DNA of 64,000 nucleotides from Thermoproteota archaeon (GTDB lineage Archaea; Thermoproteota; Thermoprotei; Gearchaeales; Gearchaeaceae), in NCBI GenBank assembly GCA_032249235.1, contig JAVVGF010000001.1:160001-224000 (forward strand), given 5' to 3'. Every line of letters begins with the position of its first letter. The first letter of the stretch is position 1. The notes below the pieces were generated by a model. That model did no database searches, was not told the origin of the DNA, and worked only from the letters and a program-made list of their open reading frames with translations. This document shows positions 38,483 to 49,901 of this stretch, in pieces. The translations under genes and the position numbers were made by a program.

Positions 38483-39616
38483 GTGAATAAATGCATCATA
38501 ATAGGAGCTGGACCAGCAGGCTTAACCTTTGCATGGCATGCAGCAAGGAAAGGTTTGAATGTAACTGTATATGAGGGAAGAAAAGTTTTCGCAACGAAAC
38601 CTTGTGGCGAAGCGTTAGCTGGTGATTCATTAAGCGTACTTCCTTTTAAAATCGGTTATATGTACAAATGGATTTTATCGCCTATGCGTTTTGTCGAGCT
38701 CTATTACAACGGTAGGTATTATAGAACAATAAAATCTCCCTTCGGAGAAAACGGCTATATAATAAACAAAAGATTATTCCTTCAAGAGTTGGCGGACATT
38801 GTTGAAAAAGAAGGTGCTAAAATCGAAATGGGCAAGTTTTTTAAACCATCGCTAGATGACGCAGATTTGATAGTTGATGCGTCTGGCTATTTGACAGCTT
38901 CTCGTAATTATTTAAATTTAAGAGAATTATACAATAAAGAATACAGGAATATACCTGTTTTAAGAGATTATGCTGAATCAAATGGAATACTTAAGGAAGG
39001 TTATTTGCTCATCGATCTTTTAGATAGAGGATATTTCTGGATATTTCCTTATGGCAAAGATACTTATAATATTGGAATTGGAGGTCTATATAGCGGTGAA
39101 GAACTAAGAAAAATTTATGAAAAGAAAATTAATCAATTCGAACTTAAGTTAATAAAGAATACTAGACAGGGTGCAAGTGTATCTATAGGTGGAATTATAT
39201 CTAATCAAAGAATAGGTAAATATTATATTATTGGAGAAGCTGCGGGCTTCGTCATGCCAACAACAGGTGAAGGAATACGTTTTTCAATACTATCTGCATA
39301 TGAATATTTCAATAACAATAGCTTACTAAAGAACATTAGAAAAAGAATACAGTTCAATGCTAAACTTTTGAGACTGGCGATCGAATTGGATGATAAGCTA
39401 AAAAGCAAGCTAATTAGCCAAGCTCCTGAAGATTTGATCATGGTATTTTTAGGGGAAAAAAGTGTTTCTACTAATGATATTATAAAGTTCTTATCAGTCT
39501 TTTCAAGAAATCTTAGCACAAGTCTTCAAAGATCACTTTACTCTATTGTTCAATTTTTAATATCTAACAAAGTTGATACAAAAAAATATGTATTGAATTC
39601 TAATGTAAAACATTAA
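38483..39616 (+). CDS. Geranylgeranyl reductase-family FAD oxidoreductase (paralog 2)
   Basis: IIGAGPAG, KPCGEA, GYFWIFP, IGEAAGFVMPTTGEGI; likely start GTG 38483 (track 38339). Confidence 0.85.
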   Translation: MNKCIIIGAGPAGLTFAWHAARKGLNVTVYEGRKVFATKPCGEALAGDSLSVLPFKIGYMYKWILSPMRFVELYYNGRYYRTIKSPFGENGYIINKRLFLQELADIVEKEGAKIEMGKFFKPSLDDADLIVDASGYLTASRNYLNLRELYNKEYRNIPVLRDYAESNGILKEGYLLIDLLDRGYFWIFPYGKDTYNIGIGGLYSGEELRKIYEKKINQFELKLIKNTRQGASVSIGGIISNQRIGKYYIIGEAAGFVMPTTGEGIRFSILSAYEYFNNNSLLKNIRKRIQFNAKLLRLAIELDDKLKSKLISQAPEDLIMVFLGEKSVSTNDIIKFLSVFSRNLSTSLQRSLYSIVQFLISNKVDTKKYVLNSNVKH

Positions 39617-39646
39617 TATTTTTATGTAGAGATTTCCTTAAGTTTT

Positions 39647-42600
39647 ATGATGAAATTTTTGTCGAAGAAAGTTATAGTAGTCGCTTTGCTAATTATCCTT
39701 ATCTTAGGAATTCTGCTTTATTTTCTGCCAGACATCGGCTATATGATATTCTTTAAGAATCCTTCAATAGCTTTAGTAGGCGTTGAAGGTAAAGGAGTAC
39801 AAGGAGATTTCGTATTGATGAGCGCATTGCTTAACGTTACAAACAATGCAGGGGTATCTGTAGTTTTAAAAGAAGCGAATGGCGAAGTATATTATAAGGG
39901 AGATAAATTTGGAACTTTCAATTATAAAGGTTCTCTTTTCATACCTTCTAACGGTCAAGTCTCTATTAATGTTACAGTATTATTAGATTCTAAATCTCCT
40001 ACTTTGAAACAGCTTATTCAAGATATTCTAAAGAATAATTCCTCTGATATATCTTACAAAGCAAGCTTATTAGTTACATCTTCATTCTTCTTCTTAAGCT
40101 TTAGTAAAGAAGTAGAAATAGCTGGCAAGTATATACTTTACTTGAAAGACTTTGTAAAAGTAATAGGATGGGAAATAAACGTCAAAAAGATAAATTTAAT
40201 CTCCTCAAATAATAATCCCTTATTAAATGTAACAGTTAATGCAAAGAATTTATCTAGTTTAGATATTCTTATTAAACAAGCTAATATAACTATTTTTTAT
40301 AAAAAAGAAGCTTTAGGACATTCGAAATTGAATAATCAAATAGCCATAAAAGCTAATGAAAGTAAGGAATTGAGTCTTATCTTAAATTTAACTAATATTA
40401 ACTTATTAAGAGATGCGATTAGGGATTTAATAAATAGCTATTCTATAAGTTTTGATTATATTGCAGATTTAAAGGTTTATTCTTATTATTATTATTTAGA
40501 AACAAATTATACAATTAAGGGAAAGCAAGAATATAAACTATCAGAAGTAGCAAATGATTTGAGACTTAACAAAATAATTATAAACCAAAATAGTATTTTA
40601 GCAGATATCTCCTATTTTAATAATTTAGGTGTTCAATTCTTTGTCAAGGATGTAAATGCAAATATCTACTTTAATAATTCACTGGTAGGCAAAATTAATG
40701 CAACTATAAATAAAGAGATCATACCTGCTACGGAAAATCGATTTCTTATTTCAGCTATTCCAATTGATTTATCTAGTTTAATAGGCTTTATTTTGGATAA
40801 TAAGACGGTTAGACTATCAGTACAGGCTGACATAAGAGTATCAATTTTTAACGAGACTTATTTAGCTCATCTGAGTCTTGAAAAATCTATAAGCTTAGAT
40901 TATACCTTAAAAGCTAGTATAAACAACGTTAGATATGTTGCAGCCAATATTTTGGAAGTCGATGCAAATTTAATTGCTACTACGAATCTTATAACAGGTA
41001 ACTTCACATTGAATAGTGCAAGTTTCAATGCATATTTGAATCAAACTTTTGTAGGAGATGGGATATTACAGAACCCTACAAAAATTTATCTGAATAAACC
41101 TTCTCAAATAAAAATAAGAGTTTATCTACATAAAGATATCATTCCAATATTAATAATAAAATTGTTAACAAATTCTTCTTTTGATTTAGTTCTTAAGAAT
41201 GCCATATTTCAAGTTAATTTTGCAAATAACACATATCCCGTCAAGCCTAGCAAAGATATAATTGTTTCTGCTCAACCTTTTACTTTAGATATCAACATTT
41301 ATAATCCATCTTTCATTGCCTTATCTACTACAACAGATAATAAAATAGGAATTAAGGCAAGTGTAGCGATAAACATTCCGAATGTTTATAACTTACCTAT
41401 TATTATAAAGTCAGCAAATGTCACTCTTGTTGAAGATGAATTTGGACAAATAGGATATCTCTACATAACGAACGATCAACTTATATATCCACAGTATAAT
41501 CTTGTTGGCGATTTCATAGCAAATATAGATAAATCTAAGCTTCAGTTATTGATCCAAAAAGCTATAAATAACAACGGCCTTAATGTTACCTTTAAAGATA
41601 TCGTTATAACAGTATCTATACTTGACAAGACAACTACAATAAAGTTGAGTAAAACATTTGCATTAAAAGTACCTACACCTTTAGTTCTCGAATCTAATCT
41701 AGGAATTAAAAAAGTATCAATAGGGCCTTCGCCTAAATCTTTCTTGATAGACACAGATTTCACTATAAATCTAAAAAGTATGTCTGTTTCCAATGTATAT
41801 ATTAGCGACGCTCGGGCTCAAATATACTTTAAGGATAAACAGATTGGCTACGCGTACATAACAATTAACAGAGTTGTTATCAACTTACCTTTCACTTATA
41901 GTGGTAAGGCTTTAATTAACATTACAGACGAAGGTGCAAGCATGTTAGCTATTGAAATTTTAAAGCAAAATCCTATTACAGTAAGCATTAAAAATATTCA
42001 AGTTAATCTCAAAATCACAGATATACCAATTTCTATAGCTTTACCATCAAACATTGTATTTCAATCAACAATCAAGCCAGATATTAATATACATGTAAGC
42101 GATTTTACTATTCGTTCACCTGGTAACGTTATAGATGCGTTTGCCCAACTTAATTCAACTCTTATTAAATTAAACGTTGACAGAATAGATTCTCTTTCTG
42201 CAAATATTATCGATGAAAATGGGAAGATTTTAGGTTATATTTTAGGTGTTTCCGTAGTTAACAATCCAAATTATATATTTCAAGGAATGATTGAATTGCA
42301 ACTAACGCAGCAAGGACTTGATTCATTAGCACCTAAGCTAATGAATAACAATACTTTAATTATTTTCGCTAAAAATATTGTTATAAATGCTTATATTAAT
42401 AATGTTAAAATTTATATAAATGATCCTAATATATATATTATAAAAATCTCAACAGATTTTCAATATAATTATACTTTTAATATTATTGATTTAAATGCTT
42501 ATCCTCCTGGTACTTTGTTTAAATTGAATATAACAATCGATTATCAAATAAAGAATGGTGTTAATACACCTTTTAGTGTTATTAAAGCAACAATGAAAAT

Positions 42601-43291
42601 ATATAATTTAACAGATTTCTATTTAGGGGATGCTATAGTAGATAAGCCTGTATATGTTAGCTCTTTGTCTGGAAGAATTAATTTCAATGCTTCCTTCTAT
42701 TTACGACCTGAAGGAGCTCCTTGGTTTGCATCAAACCTCGTTAATAACGGTACTGTTAGGATTAAGATTAGCGAAATCTACGCTACTGTGAAATTTTTCG
42801 ATTATAACGTAACTGTACCTATAAAAGGTTTAACATATACATACAAAACCAATCCTGTAACTATAAAAATTGAAAAAATAACGATAAAGAGTGTTAATCC
42901 CTTCGCAAACAGCGCAGTGGTAGAAGCAACTATTTTAGTGTATAATCCATTTAAGTTCCCAGTTACTATTACCTACATGTCTGGAAGCAATTATAGTATA
43001 ACTTTCCAAATTTTCGAATCTCAAAGAGAAGCTCATCCAGGTTATTATCTAGGATATGGCTGGTATTCTTCACAGACTTATGTTCCTGCTTTAAGTAATG
43101 TTACTTTATATCCTGTAACTGTTGTATTAACAGATGTTCTACATTTATTCCTTCCTCCTCACGGAACGCTAGTCCCTTTACATACAAGTATATATGTCGA
43201 TGCTCTGAATGGAAGAGCAGGAATAAAACTATATGATCTTTACTTTACTTTTAAGTTTGAAAAGAGAGAAATATACGTGACTTATCCTTAA
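39647..43291 (+). CDS. Giant N-anchored protein of about 9 tandem LEA_2/WHy-like repeats
   Basis: Single N-terminal TM; ~130-aa units such as LNVTNNAGVSVVLKEANGEVYYKGDKFG...IPSNGQVSINV and ILVYNPFKFPVTI, each followed by an amphipathic helix. Confidence 0.75.
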   Translation: MMKFLSKKVIVVALLIILILGILLYFLPDIGYMIFFKNPSIALVGVEGKGVQGDFVLMSALLNVTNNAGVSVVLKEANGEVYYKGDKFGTFNYKGSLFIPSNGQVSINVTVLLDSKSPTLKQLIQDILKNNSSDISYKASLLVTSSFFFLSFSKEVEIAGKYILYLKDFVKVIGWEINVKKINLISSNNNPLLNVTVNAKNLSSLDILIKQANITIFYKKEALGHSKLNNQIAIKANESKELSLILNLTNINLLRDAIRDLINSYSISFDYIADLKVYSYYYYLETNYTIKGKQEYKLSEVANDLRLNKIIINQNSILADISYFNNLGVQFFVKDVNANIYFNNSLVGKINATINKEIIPATENRFLISAIPIDLSSLIGFILDNKTVRLSVQADIRVSIFNETYLAHLSLEKSISLDYTLKASINNVRYVAANILEVDANLIATTNLITGNFTLNSASFNAYLNQTFVGDGILQNPTKIYLNKPSQIKIRVYLHKDIIPILIIKLLTNSSFDLVLKNAIFQVNFANNTYPVKPSKDIIVSAQPFTLDINIYNPSFIALSTTTDNKIGIKASVAINIPNVYNLPIIIKSANVTLVEDEFGQIGYLYITNDQLIYPQYNLVGDFIANIDKSKLQLLIQKAINNNGLNVTFKDIVITVSILDKTTTIKLSKTFALKVPTPLVLESNLGIKKVSIGPSPKSFLIDTDFTINLKSMSVSNVYISDARAQIYFKDKQIGYAYITINRVVINLPFTYSGKALINITDEGASMLAIEILKQNPITVSIKNIQVNLKITDIPISIALPSNIVFQSTIKPDINIHVSDFTIRSPGNVIDAFAQLNSTLIKLNVDRIDSLSANIIDENGKILGYILGVSVVNNPNYIFQGMIELQLTQQGLDSLAPKLMNNNTLIIFAKNIVINAYINNVKIYINDPNIYIIKISTDFQYNYTFNIIDLNAYPPGTLFKLNITIDYQIKNGVNTPFSVIKATMKIYNLTDFYLGDAIVDKPVYVSSLSGRINFNASFYLRPEGAPWFASNLVNNGTVRIKISEIYATVKFFDYNVTVPIKGLTYTYKTNPVTIKIEKITIKSVNPFANSAVVEATILVYNPFKFPVTITYMSGSNYSITFQIFESQREAHPGYYLGYGWYSSQTYVPALSNVTLYPVTVVLTDVLHLFLPPHGTLVPLHTSIYVDALNGRAGIKLYDLYFTFKFEKREIYVTYP

Positions 43292-45192
43292 GATATTGAT
43301 TGTTTTTTGTTTTTTGAGCGTGTAATTATTAATCCTATTAAGAACATGATAATCGCTATCAATCCTAAAGCTGGAATCCATTCATAGATTAGAAATAACT
43401 CTTTATAGCTCGTTTTTGAAGGAACTTTTACTGGTATTATGTTTGAGAAATTGCTCTCGCCATACTCGTTGAAAGCTGTTATAGCATAGTAATATTGAAC
43501 ATCTTTGGAAGCTGAAGTGTCGATATAGGAATAAATGTTGCCTTCAGTTGTTGCGATTTTTTTCAATGAGTTTGGACTTTCTCCTCTATAAATATTATAT
43601 CCTAAAACAGGAATGTAGAATGGGTTATTATCTATCCAACTCAGTGAGGGATAGCCTGAAACGCTAGCAATTAAGCTAGGAGCTTGAGGAGGTTGTGGAT
43701 TTATTCCAGTATTTATCTTTATAGTTAAAGAAGAAACCAAGTTGAAATTATTCGAAGCTGAAACTTCTAAGCTTATATTATACAGACCGTTAGGGAGGTT
43801 ATTCAAATAGAAAGTGGCTATCAGGCCATTTCTATTTTCAAAACCGATCAATGCAGTATAAGCTTTTGGATATTTAGTTACAGGTGCAATTGTAATTTTG
43901 AAAAATTTCAAATATGTTGAATTGTTCGCTGCTATAACTGCTACTGTACCATACAAATCAAAAGCAGTAACGTTTGATTTAGAAGTATATTGAATTTTAT
44001 CTATTGAGGAAAAGTATGCGCTTGCATTATTGAATACAATAATATTGTTTAAATCTGAAATCGAGGAATCAACTGCGATAATTTTTGCATTATTTCTAAG
44101 TATTACTTTATCTACAATTGAACTCTTATTTAACATTAATTTCGAATTGCCTTTTGCATAAATTAATCCAATCAACCTTACATTGTATGCTTTTAATCCA
44201 ACATTATCATCAATATATATATCTATATTAGAAGAGTTTGCTAAATACACATCTTTAATTTTACTAAAATAAAGTCTCCATTTTTTAATCTCCGTATTTA
44301 TTAAATTAATGAATGTTTCATTTGATAATATAAAATTTTTCTTTAAAAAATATCCTGTACTTAAATTTGTAATTTTACTATTAATATCAAATATAGATAT
44401 AATGAGATTTACAGAATCATAAATAGTATAATTTCCTTTATTTAATAGTAATATTTCAGAATTTAATTCAGGAGGATTTATATAACTGTTGAATACTTCT
44501 ATTCTATTATTCTGGAAATATTGTGGTTTTAAGAGAGTAGAATTCCAATATTTAAAATAACCATGAGGGATTTGGATAGATACGGAATTTCCAAAATTAA
44601 TTGCCAAACTTATTGAGAACGTTGAAGAGTTTATGAACGCATTTATGCCTTGATCATAAAGAATCAAATCAAATCCTGAAGAACTTCTAATGGATAAGTT
44701 AGAGGAAGAAAGAGGAGTGATTCTAATTTTTCCATAGAATGCAACTAAAGAAGAGTTCAAAGAACTTTCATTTAAAACCATTTCAAAATTATTCGATGAA
44801 ATACTTGAATTTGTTAGTATGATTTCAGATTTGTTAAATGACTTAAATTGTATTCCATAATCTACATTTAATTTTGTATTATTTAAAATTAAAGAAGATT
44901 TATATAGTGTAATGTTATTTTTAAAGTTTATCTCAGAATTATTTATAACTATTTTTGAATTATTATTAGCTTGTACCATTCCACTTATAGTTATATTCGA
45001 GGAATTATTTATAATTAGTTGTGCATTGTTTTTTAAATATATATCACATATATAAAGACCATTTGTATTTATAGTATATTGCTGTGAATCAAGATTTATA
45101 TTTTCGCAAGAAGGTGCCTTGACGATTTGACTTGAATTGAAAATATTCAAAGCGAGCAAGATGAGTATTAAGTAAGCCTTTTTATCCTCCAT
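43288..45192 (-). CDS. Surface protein with beta-helix-like region, fibronectin type III domain and C-terminal TM
   Basis: Signal peptide; N/S/I-rich solenoid-like repeats; LSW...GYNIYRG...YIDT...YYYAITAFNEYGES FN3 signature. Confidence 0.8.
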   Translation of the reverse strand: MEDKKAYLILILLALNIFNSSQIVKAPSCENINLDSQQYTINTNGLYICDIYLKNNAQLIINNSSNITISGMVQANNNSKIVINNSEINFKNNITLYKSSLILNNTKLNVDYGIQFKSFNKSEIILTNSSISSNNFEMVLNESSLNSSLVAFYGKIRITPLSSSNLSIRSSSGFDLILYDQGINAFINSSTFSISLAINFGNSVSIQIPHGYFKYWNSTLLKPQYFQNNRIEVFNSYINPPELNSEILLLNKGNYTIYDSVNLIISIFDINSKITNLSTGYFLKKNFILSNETFINLINTEIKKWRLYFSKIKDVYLANSSNIDIYIDDNVGLKAYNVRLIGLIYAKGNSKLMLNKSSIVDKVILRNNAKIIAVDSSISDLNNIIVFNNASAYFSSIDKIQYTSKSNVTAFDLYGTVAVIAANNSTYLKFFKITIAPVTKYPKAYTALIGFENRNGLIATFYLNNLPNGLYNISLEVSASNNFNLVSSLTIKINTGINPQPPQAPSLIASVSGYPSLSWIDNNPFYIPVLGYNIYRGESPNSLKKIATTEGNIYSYIDTSASKDVQYYYAITAFNEYGESNFSNIIPVKVPSKTSYKELFLIYEWIPALGLIAIIMFLIGLIITRSKNKKQSIS

Positions 45193-45299
45193 CTAATCTT
45201 TAATGAGGATTTGTTATTTAAAGATATTTATTAAGATTCGATATCCTTTCATTCGTAATTACAATAAAGAATATAATCGAATGAAACATCTTAATATTA

Positions 45300-46571
45300 G
45301 TGAATTACGAAGTAATAGTAATTGGTGGAGGCCCTGCAGGGGCATATAGTGCAGCTCTTCTATCCAAATATGGTTATAATGTTTTGCTGATAGAAGCAGG
45401 GTCTTATAAAAGATACAAAGTATGTTCTGGTGGCACTCCTCTTCGCTCAGTTGAACTTCTTTCAAAATTGGGCGATCCTTCAAAAATTGTTGAGAGAGAG
45501 ATTAAAGGTGTGAATATATTTATAGAGAACAAAGAAGTTATTTCAACTTATAAAGAAAAACCGATTGGATATAGCTATTATAGAAGCGAACTAGATCAAT
45601 GGATAAGAGATAGAGCTTCAGATCTGGGTTCAGTTGTATATCATGAAACAATTGCTAAAAAGATTAAAATAGAAAGAGATTTCGTTTATGTTAAGTGTTA
45701 TCAAAAAGGGTTAGCTATTGATTTTAAAGGTAAACTTTTGATAGGTGCTTTTGGAATCAAGCCTGATTTATTGTTACAATTAGGCATAAAACCCACAGAA
45801 TATCTCATATCTGTTCAGAGCGAGTTTAAAGGTGATACTCAACATATGGAAGAAGAAATAAGATCCTCTTTTAATTTTCTTATCCATCCTGAATTCTCAA
45901 CATTTAGCTATGGTTGGATATTCCCAAAAAGCGAAGGTCTATCGATAGGTATAACGGATCGTATGGAAGGAAATATTGTATTAGAGAGATTTAAAAAAAT
46001 GTTATCTCAGCATCCTTTGGTTAAGGAGAAAATAAAAAACATGAAAATAATGCCAGTTAACGGTAAAGATGTTTTAGCTCACTTGAATCCAAATCGTCCT
46101 CTAAAAAGGACTTTTGGAAGAAGATTTGTTTTAGTAGGAGACGCAGCTGGCTTTGCAGATCCTATAACTTGGGAAGGGATATATTTTGCATTGAAGAGCG
46201 GTGAAATAGCTGCGAATGCTTTTTCAAAATTGCTTGAAAAAGGAAATATCAATGATAATTCTACTTCGCTCTACGAAAAGATGTGGAAAAGAGATTTCGG
46301 TAAAGTTTTTGAGATTGAATGGGCTGTTAAGCAACTCTTATGGGGAAAAGATCTAACCAATAAATGGCTCACTATAGCGAAATTTTTCAAGAGTAAAGAA
46401 GAAAGATATAACTTATTGAAAGAAGAACTTGCTCTGAGCATGTCGATAGCACCAGTTATAAAAAAGATGTCTACAATAGAGAAATTAAATATCGGCTTTA
46501 AATTAAAAGGTTATAAACTCTTAAGAAAACCCATTAATTTTGTTTATGTTTTCAAAACTTTGTTTTCGTAA
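45300..46571 (+). CDS. Geranylgeranyl reductase-family FAD oxidoreductase (paralog 3, full-length type)
   Basis: VIGGGPAG, KVCSGG, RSELDQW, YGWIFPK, LVGDAAGFADPITWEGI. Confidence 0.88.
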   Translation: MNYEVIVIGGGPAGAYSAALLSKYGYNVLLIEAGSYKRYKVCSGGTPLRSVELLSKLGDPSKIVEREIKGVNIFIENKEVISTYKEKPIGYSYYRSELDQWIRDRASDLGSVVYHETIAKKIKIERDFVYVKCYQKGLAIDFKGKLLIGAFGIKPDLLLQLGIKPTEYLISVQSEFKGDTQHMEEEIRSSFNFLIHPEFSTFSYGWIFPKSEGLSIGITDRMEGNIVLERFKKMLSQHPLVKEKIKNMKIMPVNGKDVLAHLNPNRPLKRTFGRRFVLVGDAAGFADPITWEGIYFALKSGEIAANAFSKLLEKGNINDNSTSLYEKMWKRDFGKVFEIEWAVKQLLWGKDLTNKWLTIAKFFKSKEERYNLLKEELALSMSIAPVIKKMSTIEKLNIGFKLKGYKLLRKPINFVYVFKTLFS

Positions 46572-46574
46572 AAG

Positions 46575-49500
46575 TTAAGATAGAATGGCGCATGTTTGTG
46601 GTACAGGTATCTTAGGTGTTACAAAATTTGTAAGAAAGGTTACATCATAAACTGTAGTAGTAGTAGAACCTTTGGCATAAACCATTAAGCCTGTAATGCA
46701 TGCCTTAACTTGTAATGGGAATAGACTTATAATTGAATAAGATAGATTCGAATAAAGAGGATTAACGTTTGTTATAGTAACAGTTACACCTTGTATAGTT
46801 ACAGATTGATTAGGCCCAAGTGTTATTGTTTGGGATATGATGGCTCTACCTAAAAAGGCTCCAGATGAATGGTATACGTCGACTTTAATGTTTGAAAGTG
46901 TCACAGTAAAGTTGTATGGATTTTTAAATGTAACATCTGCTTGAACAGTGACTGATCTAACCACTACAGAGGTACCAGATAATCCCCAATCAATATTTCG
47001 AACTACGATGTTAGATATAGAAACTGATAAATTGGGGCCAGTTATTGGAAGATCTACATCAACGAATGGAATGTCTCCTTCTATATCATAAATACTAACA
47101 TGCATTGTAATATTGCTCAATCTAACAATAACTAGTCCACTTGAAAGTAGATTTTGACCGAAATAGGCGAAACCTTCTTTATTCAGTGATACGGAAGCTT
47201 TAATATTTAAGGAAGCAAACTTTCCTGTAAATGTTCCTTGTGTTATAAGCTCACCTGAACCTATTGCTTTCCAGGAATTCATATAATTAGCCATAACGAT
47301 GAATTTTGCATTCTTGAAGTTTACGGGCGCATTTATACCTTGCTTAAGTGTTACATTAAGCAAGCCTTCTCCAATTATATTAATTCCTTGGCTTGATGGA
47401 TATACTGAAAAGCCTTTGAGTGTGGCGTTTGTTTCTATTTCTATCAAAGAACTTACTCTTAAGAATACGGTTCTAAATAAGAATATATTCACTTCTTTAC
47501 CTCCTAAATTAGCTACAACATTCACATCTGAACCATATAGCAAGGTATCTGCTCCTTTAATTAACGGTCCAATATAAGTTAAAGGATTTTGTGATACAAA
47601 GTTAATTAAAAACTTTCCGTTTAATAAGGAACCATTGACATTTGAATATACACTTAACAGTGATCCGTTTGCGAAATAAGTAAAGGTGTTGCCATCATTG
47701 AGTTTAAATTTTAACGATAATATGTTAACTGGAATTTGGTAGTTTGGCGAATATAATTGCGCCTCAACTTCTGCTTTTTTACCAGGATAGAAGTTGAATT
47801 GCGATATCTTAATTATTAATCTAGGAAAAAGTTCGGCTTTTATAGTATATGATGCTATGTAAAGTTTTAAAGGAAGACTAAATAACTTGAGATATACCGT
47901 TATATTCTTTACAGTTAAGTTTAGAAAGTCATTTTGTAAAGCCTGTTGAGCGATCCATCTCAATCCTTCTTCCGTTATTGTAACATTCGCATTTGCTACA
48001 AATGTTTTACTTCCGCTACCTACGAGTATAACAATAGGTATTACGTTTTCATATTGTCTAGGTTGAAGGGTTGCATTTTTGGCTATAAGCACTGAGCCAT
48101 CAGAAGAATAAACATCATATGTGACTTGATAAATGTATAGCTGAATAGGAAAATCAGATTTTAAATCTATAGTAACATTTAAAGTTATTTTGAAAATACC
48201 CAATGAAGGTGCTGTAATAAAGCCTGCATAAACTCTTACTCCAACCAATCCAAGCGGTGTAACTTCTATATCTTGAGATACTCTTAGATTGACAGGCAAA
48301 TACGTATTGCCAACTTTTAGCGTAGCGTTCATACTTTTTATATAAAATTTAACCTTTCCTTGAGTTGCAAATAGACTGAAGATCTTACTAGTAGATGGAT
48401 CATTGACATTAAGCAATATTGAGACGTTGCTATATGTCTCATCACTCAAAAGAAGACTGCTCGATTTGATCTTAAGAGTTGAATTTGTTTGAGGTTCGTA
48501 TATCACAAAGGATGGATTGAGCAAGGAAAGATTCAGCTTACTGACGTTAGGTGCTTTTACGAGGAATTTCAGAGTAACATTCAAGTTATTGTTGTCTGGG
48601 GATACTTGAATGTTTGTAACTTTTATTTCGAAATTAATGCCTAGACTTTGATAATCAACGGGTATACTTATCCTTCTATCTGAATGTATCATTATATCTT
48701 TATTGAAAATTTCAATTGTTCCATTAACATTGAGAATATCTAGCGTAATTGATTGTCCGCTGAAAAATAGGCTAATCAATGATGGAAGGCTTTCTTTATT
48801 TAGATCAAGAATGAGCGTAATGTTATTTAATTTTTCACCCATGACATCAATATTTGAAAGGTAACCAATGCCTAATCTTTCGTTACCTGAATATACTGTG
48901 AATAATAATTGCTTTATCTTGAAAAATAAATCAAAATTATCGGATAAAGAAAATGTAACATTCGAATTAATCAATAATTTCGTCTCTTCTAAAAATTTTA
49001 TGTTATTAACTTTAGCCTGCATGTCAAAATCAAAATTGATATTTTTATTGATTGTTGCGTTAAATGAGGCTTGTATATCACCGAAAAGCAAAGCTACTTC
49101 TCCCTTCCAAGTTAGAACAATTGTTTTATTGTTCACTAAATCATTTATAGCTCCGCTTATTCCATCAGTTTCTATATATGCATTGACAATGAGCCTATTA
49201 TAATCATGAGGCCTTAATTCTATTGGTCCAGAATAATTTAAGGAACCTATATTTTTATTATTGTAATAAATGTTTCCTTTCATTGAAGTTAACGTTATTC
49301 CAAGATTAGTAGGATTATTAAGAATAATTATTGCTTTTGCATCGTTGTTCTTAGGTATAATTATTTTATCAACAGATACAAAAGATTGGATACTTTCCAA
49401 TTCAAACTTAGCTTTTTCCTTAGGAATATGTAAATTGATAGTTAAGAAGCTAAATACTGGAACAGCTACTTTTATGTCTCCTTCATAATAGAAAGAACTG

Positions 49501-49871
49501 TTACCATTTGTTAGCAGCTCACTTAATAATCTATTGAACGCACTTCCTGTAATAACCTTTAGCGTTACATTTAATGGTGTAGGTTTGCCTGCAGGTATTT
49601 CTATTTCTCCTACCTTTATCTCACCTATTATTCCTTCTTCATTAAATATTATGATATCTCCTTCTTTTACATTAGCTGATATTGAGGCTTGGTTAATTAA
49701 TTTTACAGATATTTCTATACTATTAGGACCTGTCTGTTTGACAATGTATATTGAATCTATTTTTGGTGGAACATATAGGAAAATCGGCAATAAATATACC
49801 GTTAAGGAACCAAGAAGAATTAAGATTAATGACATAATTGCGAGCTTTTTATAAAGCGTTTTCATTATCAT
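46575..49871 (-). CDS. Giant N-anchored protein of about 8 tandem LEA_2/WHy-like repeats
   Basis: N-terminal TM; ILNNPTNLGITLTSMKGNIYYNNKNIG and FKNPYNFTVTLSNIKVDVY...FLG units. Confidence 0.75.
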   Translation of the reverse strand: MIMKTLYKKLAIMSLILILLGSLTVYLLPIFLYVPPKIDSIYIVKQTGPNSIEISVKLINQASISANVKEGDIIIFNEEGIIGEIKVGEIEIPAGKPTPLNVTLKVITGSAFNRLLSELLTNGNSSFYYEGDIKVAVPVFSFLTINLHIPKEKAKFELESIQSFVSVDKIIIPKNNDAKAIIILNNPTNLGITLTSMKGNIYYNNKNIGSLNYSGPIELRPHDYNRLIVNAYIETDGISGAINDLVNNKTIVLTWKGEVALLFGDIQASFNATINKNINFDFDMQAKVNNIKFLEETKLLINSNVTFSLSDNFDLFFKIKQLLFTVYSGNERLGIGYLSNIDVMGEKLNNITLILDLNKESLPSLISLFFSGQSITLDILNVNGTIEIFNKDIMIHSDRRISIPVDYQSLGINFEIKVTNIQVSPDNNNLNVTLKFLVKAPNVSKLNLSLLNPSFVIYEPQTNSTLKIKSSSLLLSDETYSNVSILLNVNDPSTSKIFSLFATQGKVKFYIKSMNATLKVGNTYLPVNLRVSQDIEVTPLGLVGVRVYAGFITAPSLGIFKITLNVTIDLKSDFPIQLYIYQVTYDVYSSDGSVLIAKNATLQPRQYENVIPIVILVGSGSKTFVANANVTITEEGLRWIAQQALQNDFLNLTVKNITVYLKLFSLPLKLYIASYTIKAELFPRLIIKISQFNFYPGKKAEVEAQLYSPNYQIPVNILSLKFKLNDGNTFTYFANGSLLSVYSNVNGSLLNGKFLINFVSQNPLTYIGPLIKGADTLLYGSDVNVVANLGGKEVNIFLFRTVFLRVSSLIEIETNATLKGFSVYPSSQGINIIGEGLLNVTLKQGINAPVNFKNAKFIVMANYMNSWKAIGSGELITQGTFTGKFASLNIKASVSLNKEGFAYFGQNLLSSGLVIVRLSNITMHVSIYDIEGDIPFVDVDLPITGPNLSVSISNIVVRNIDWGLSGTSVVVRSVTVQADVTFKNPYNFTVTLSNIKVDVYHSSGAFLGRAIISQTITLGPNQSVTIQGVTVTITNVNPLYSNLSYSIISLFPLQVKACITGLMVYAKGSTTTTVYDVTFLTNFVTPKIPVPQTCAILS

Positions 49872-49901
49872 TTAATTTAAAGACTATCTCTGTTTATAAA
49901 A

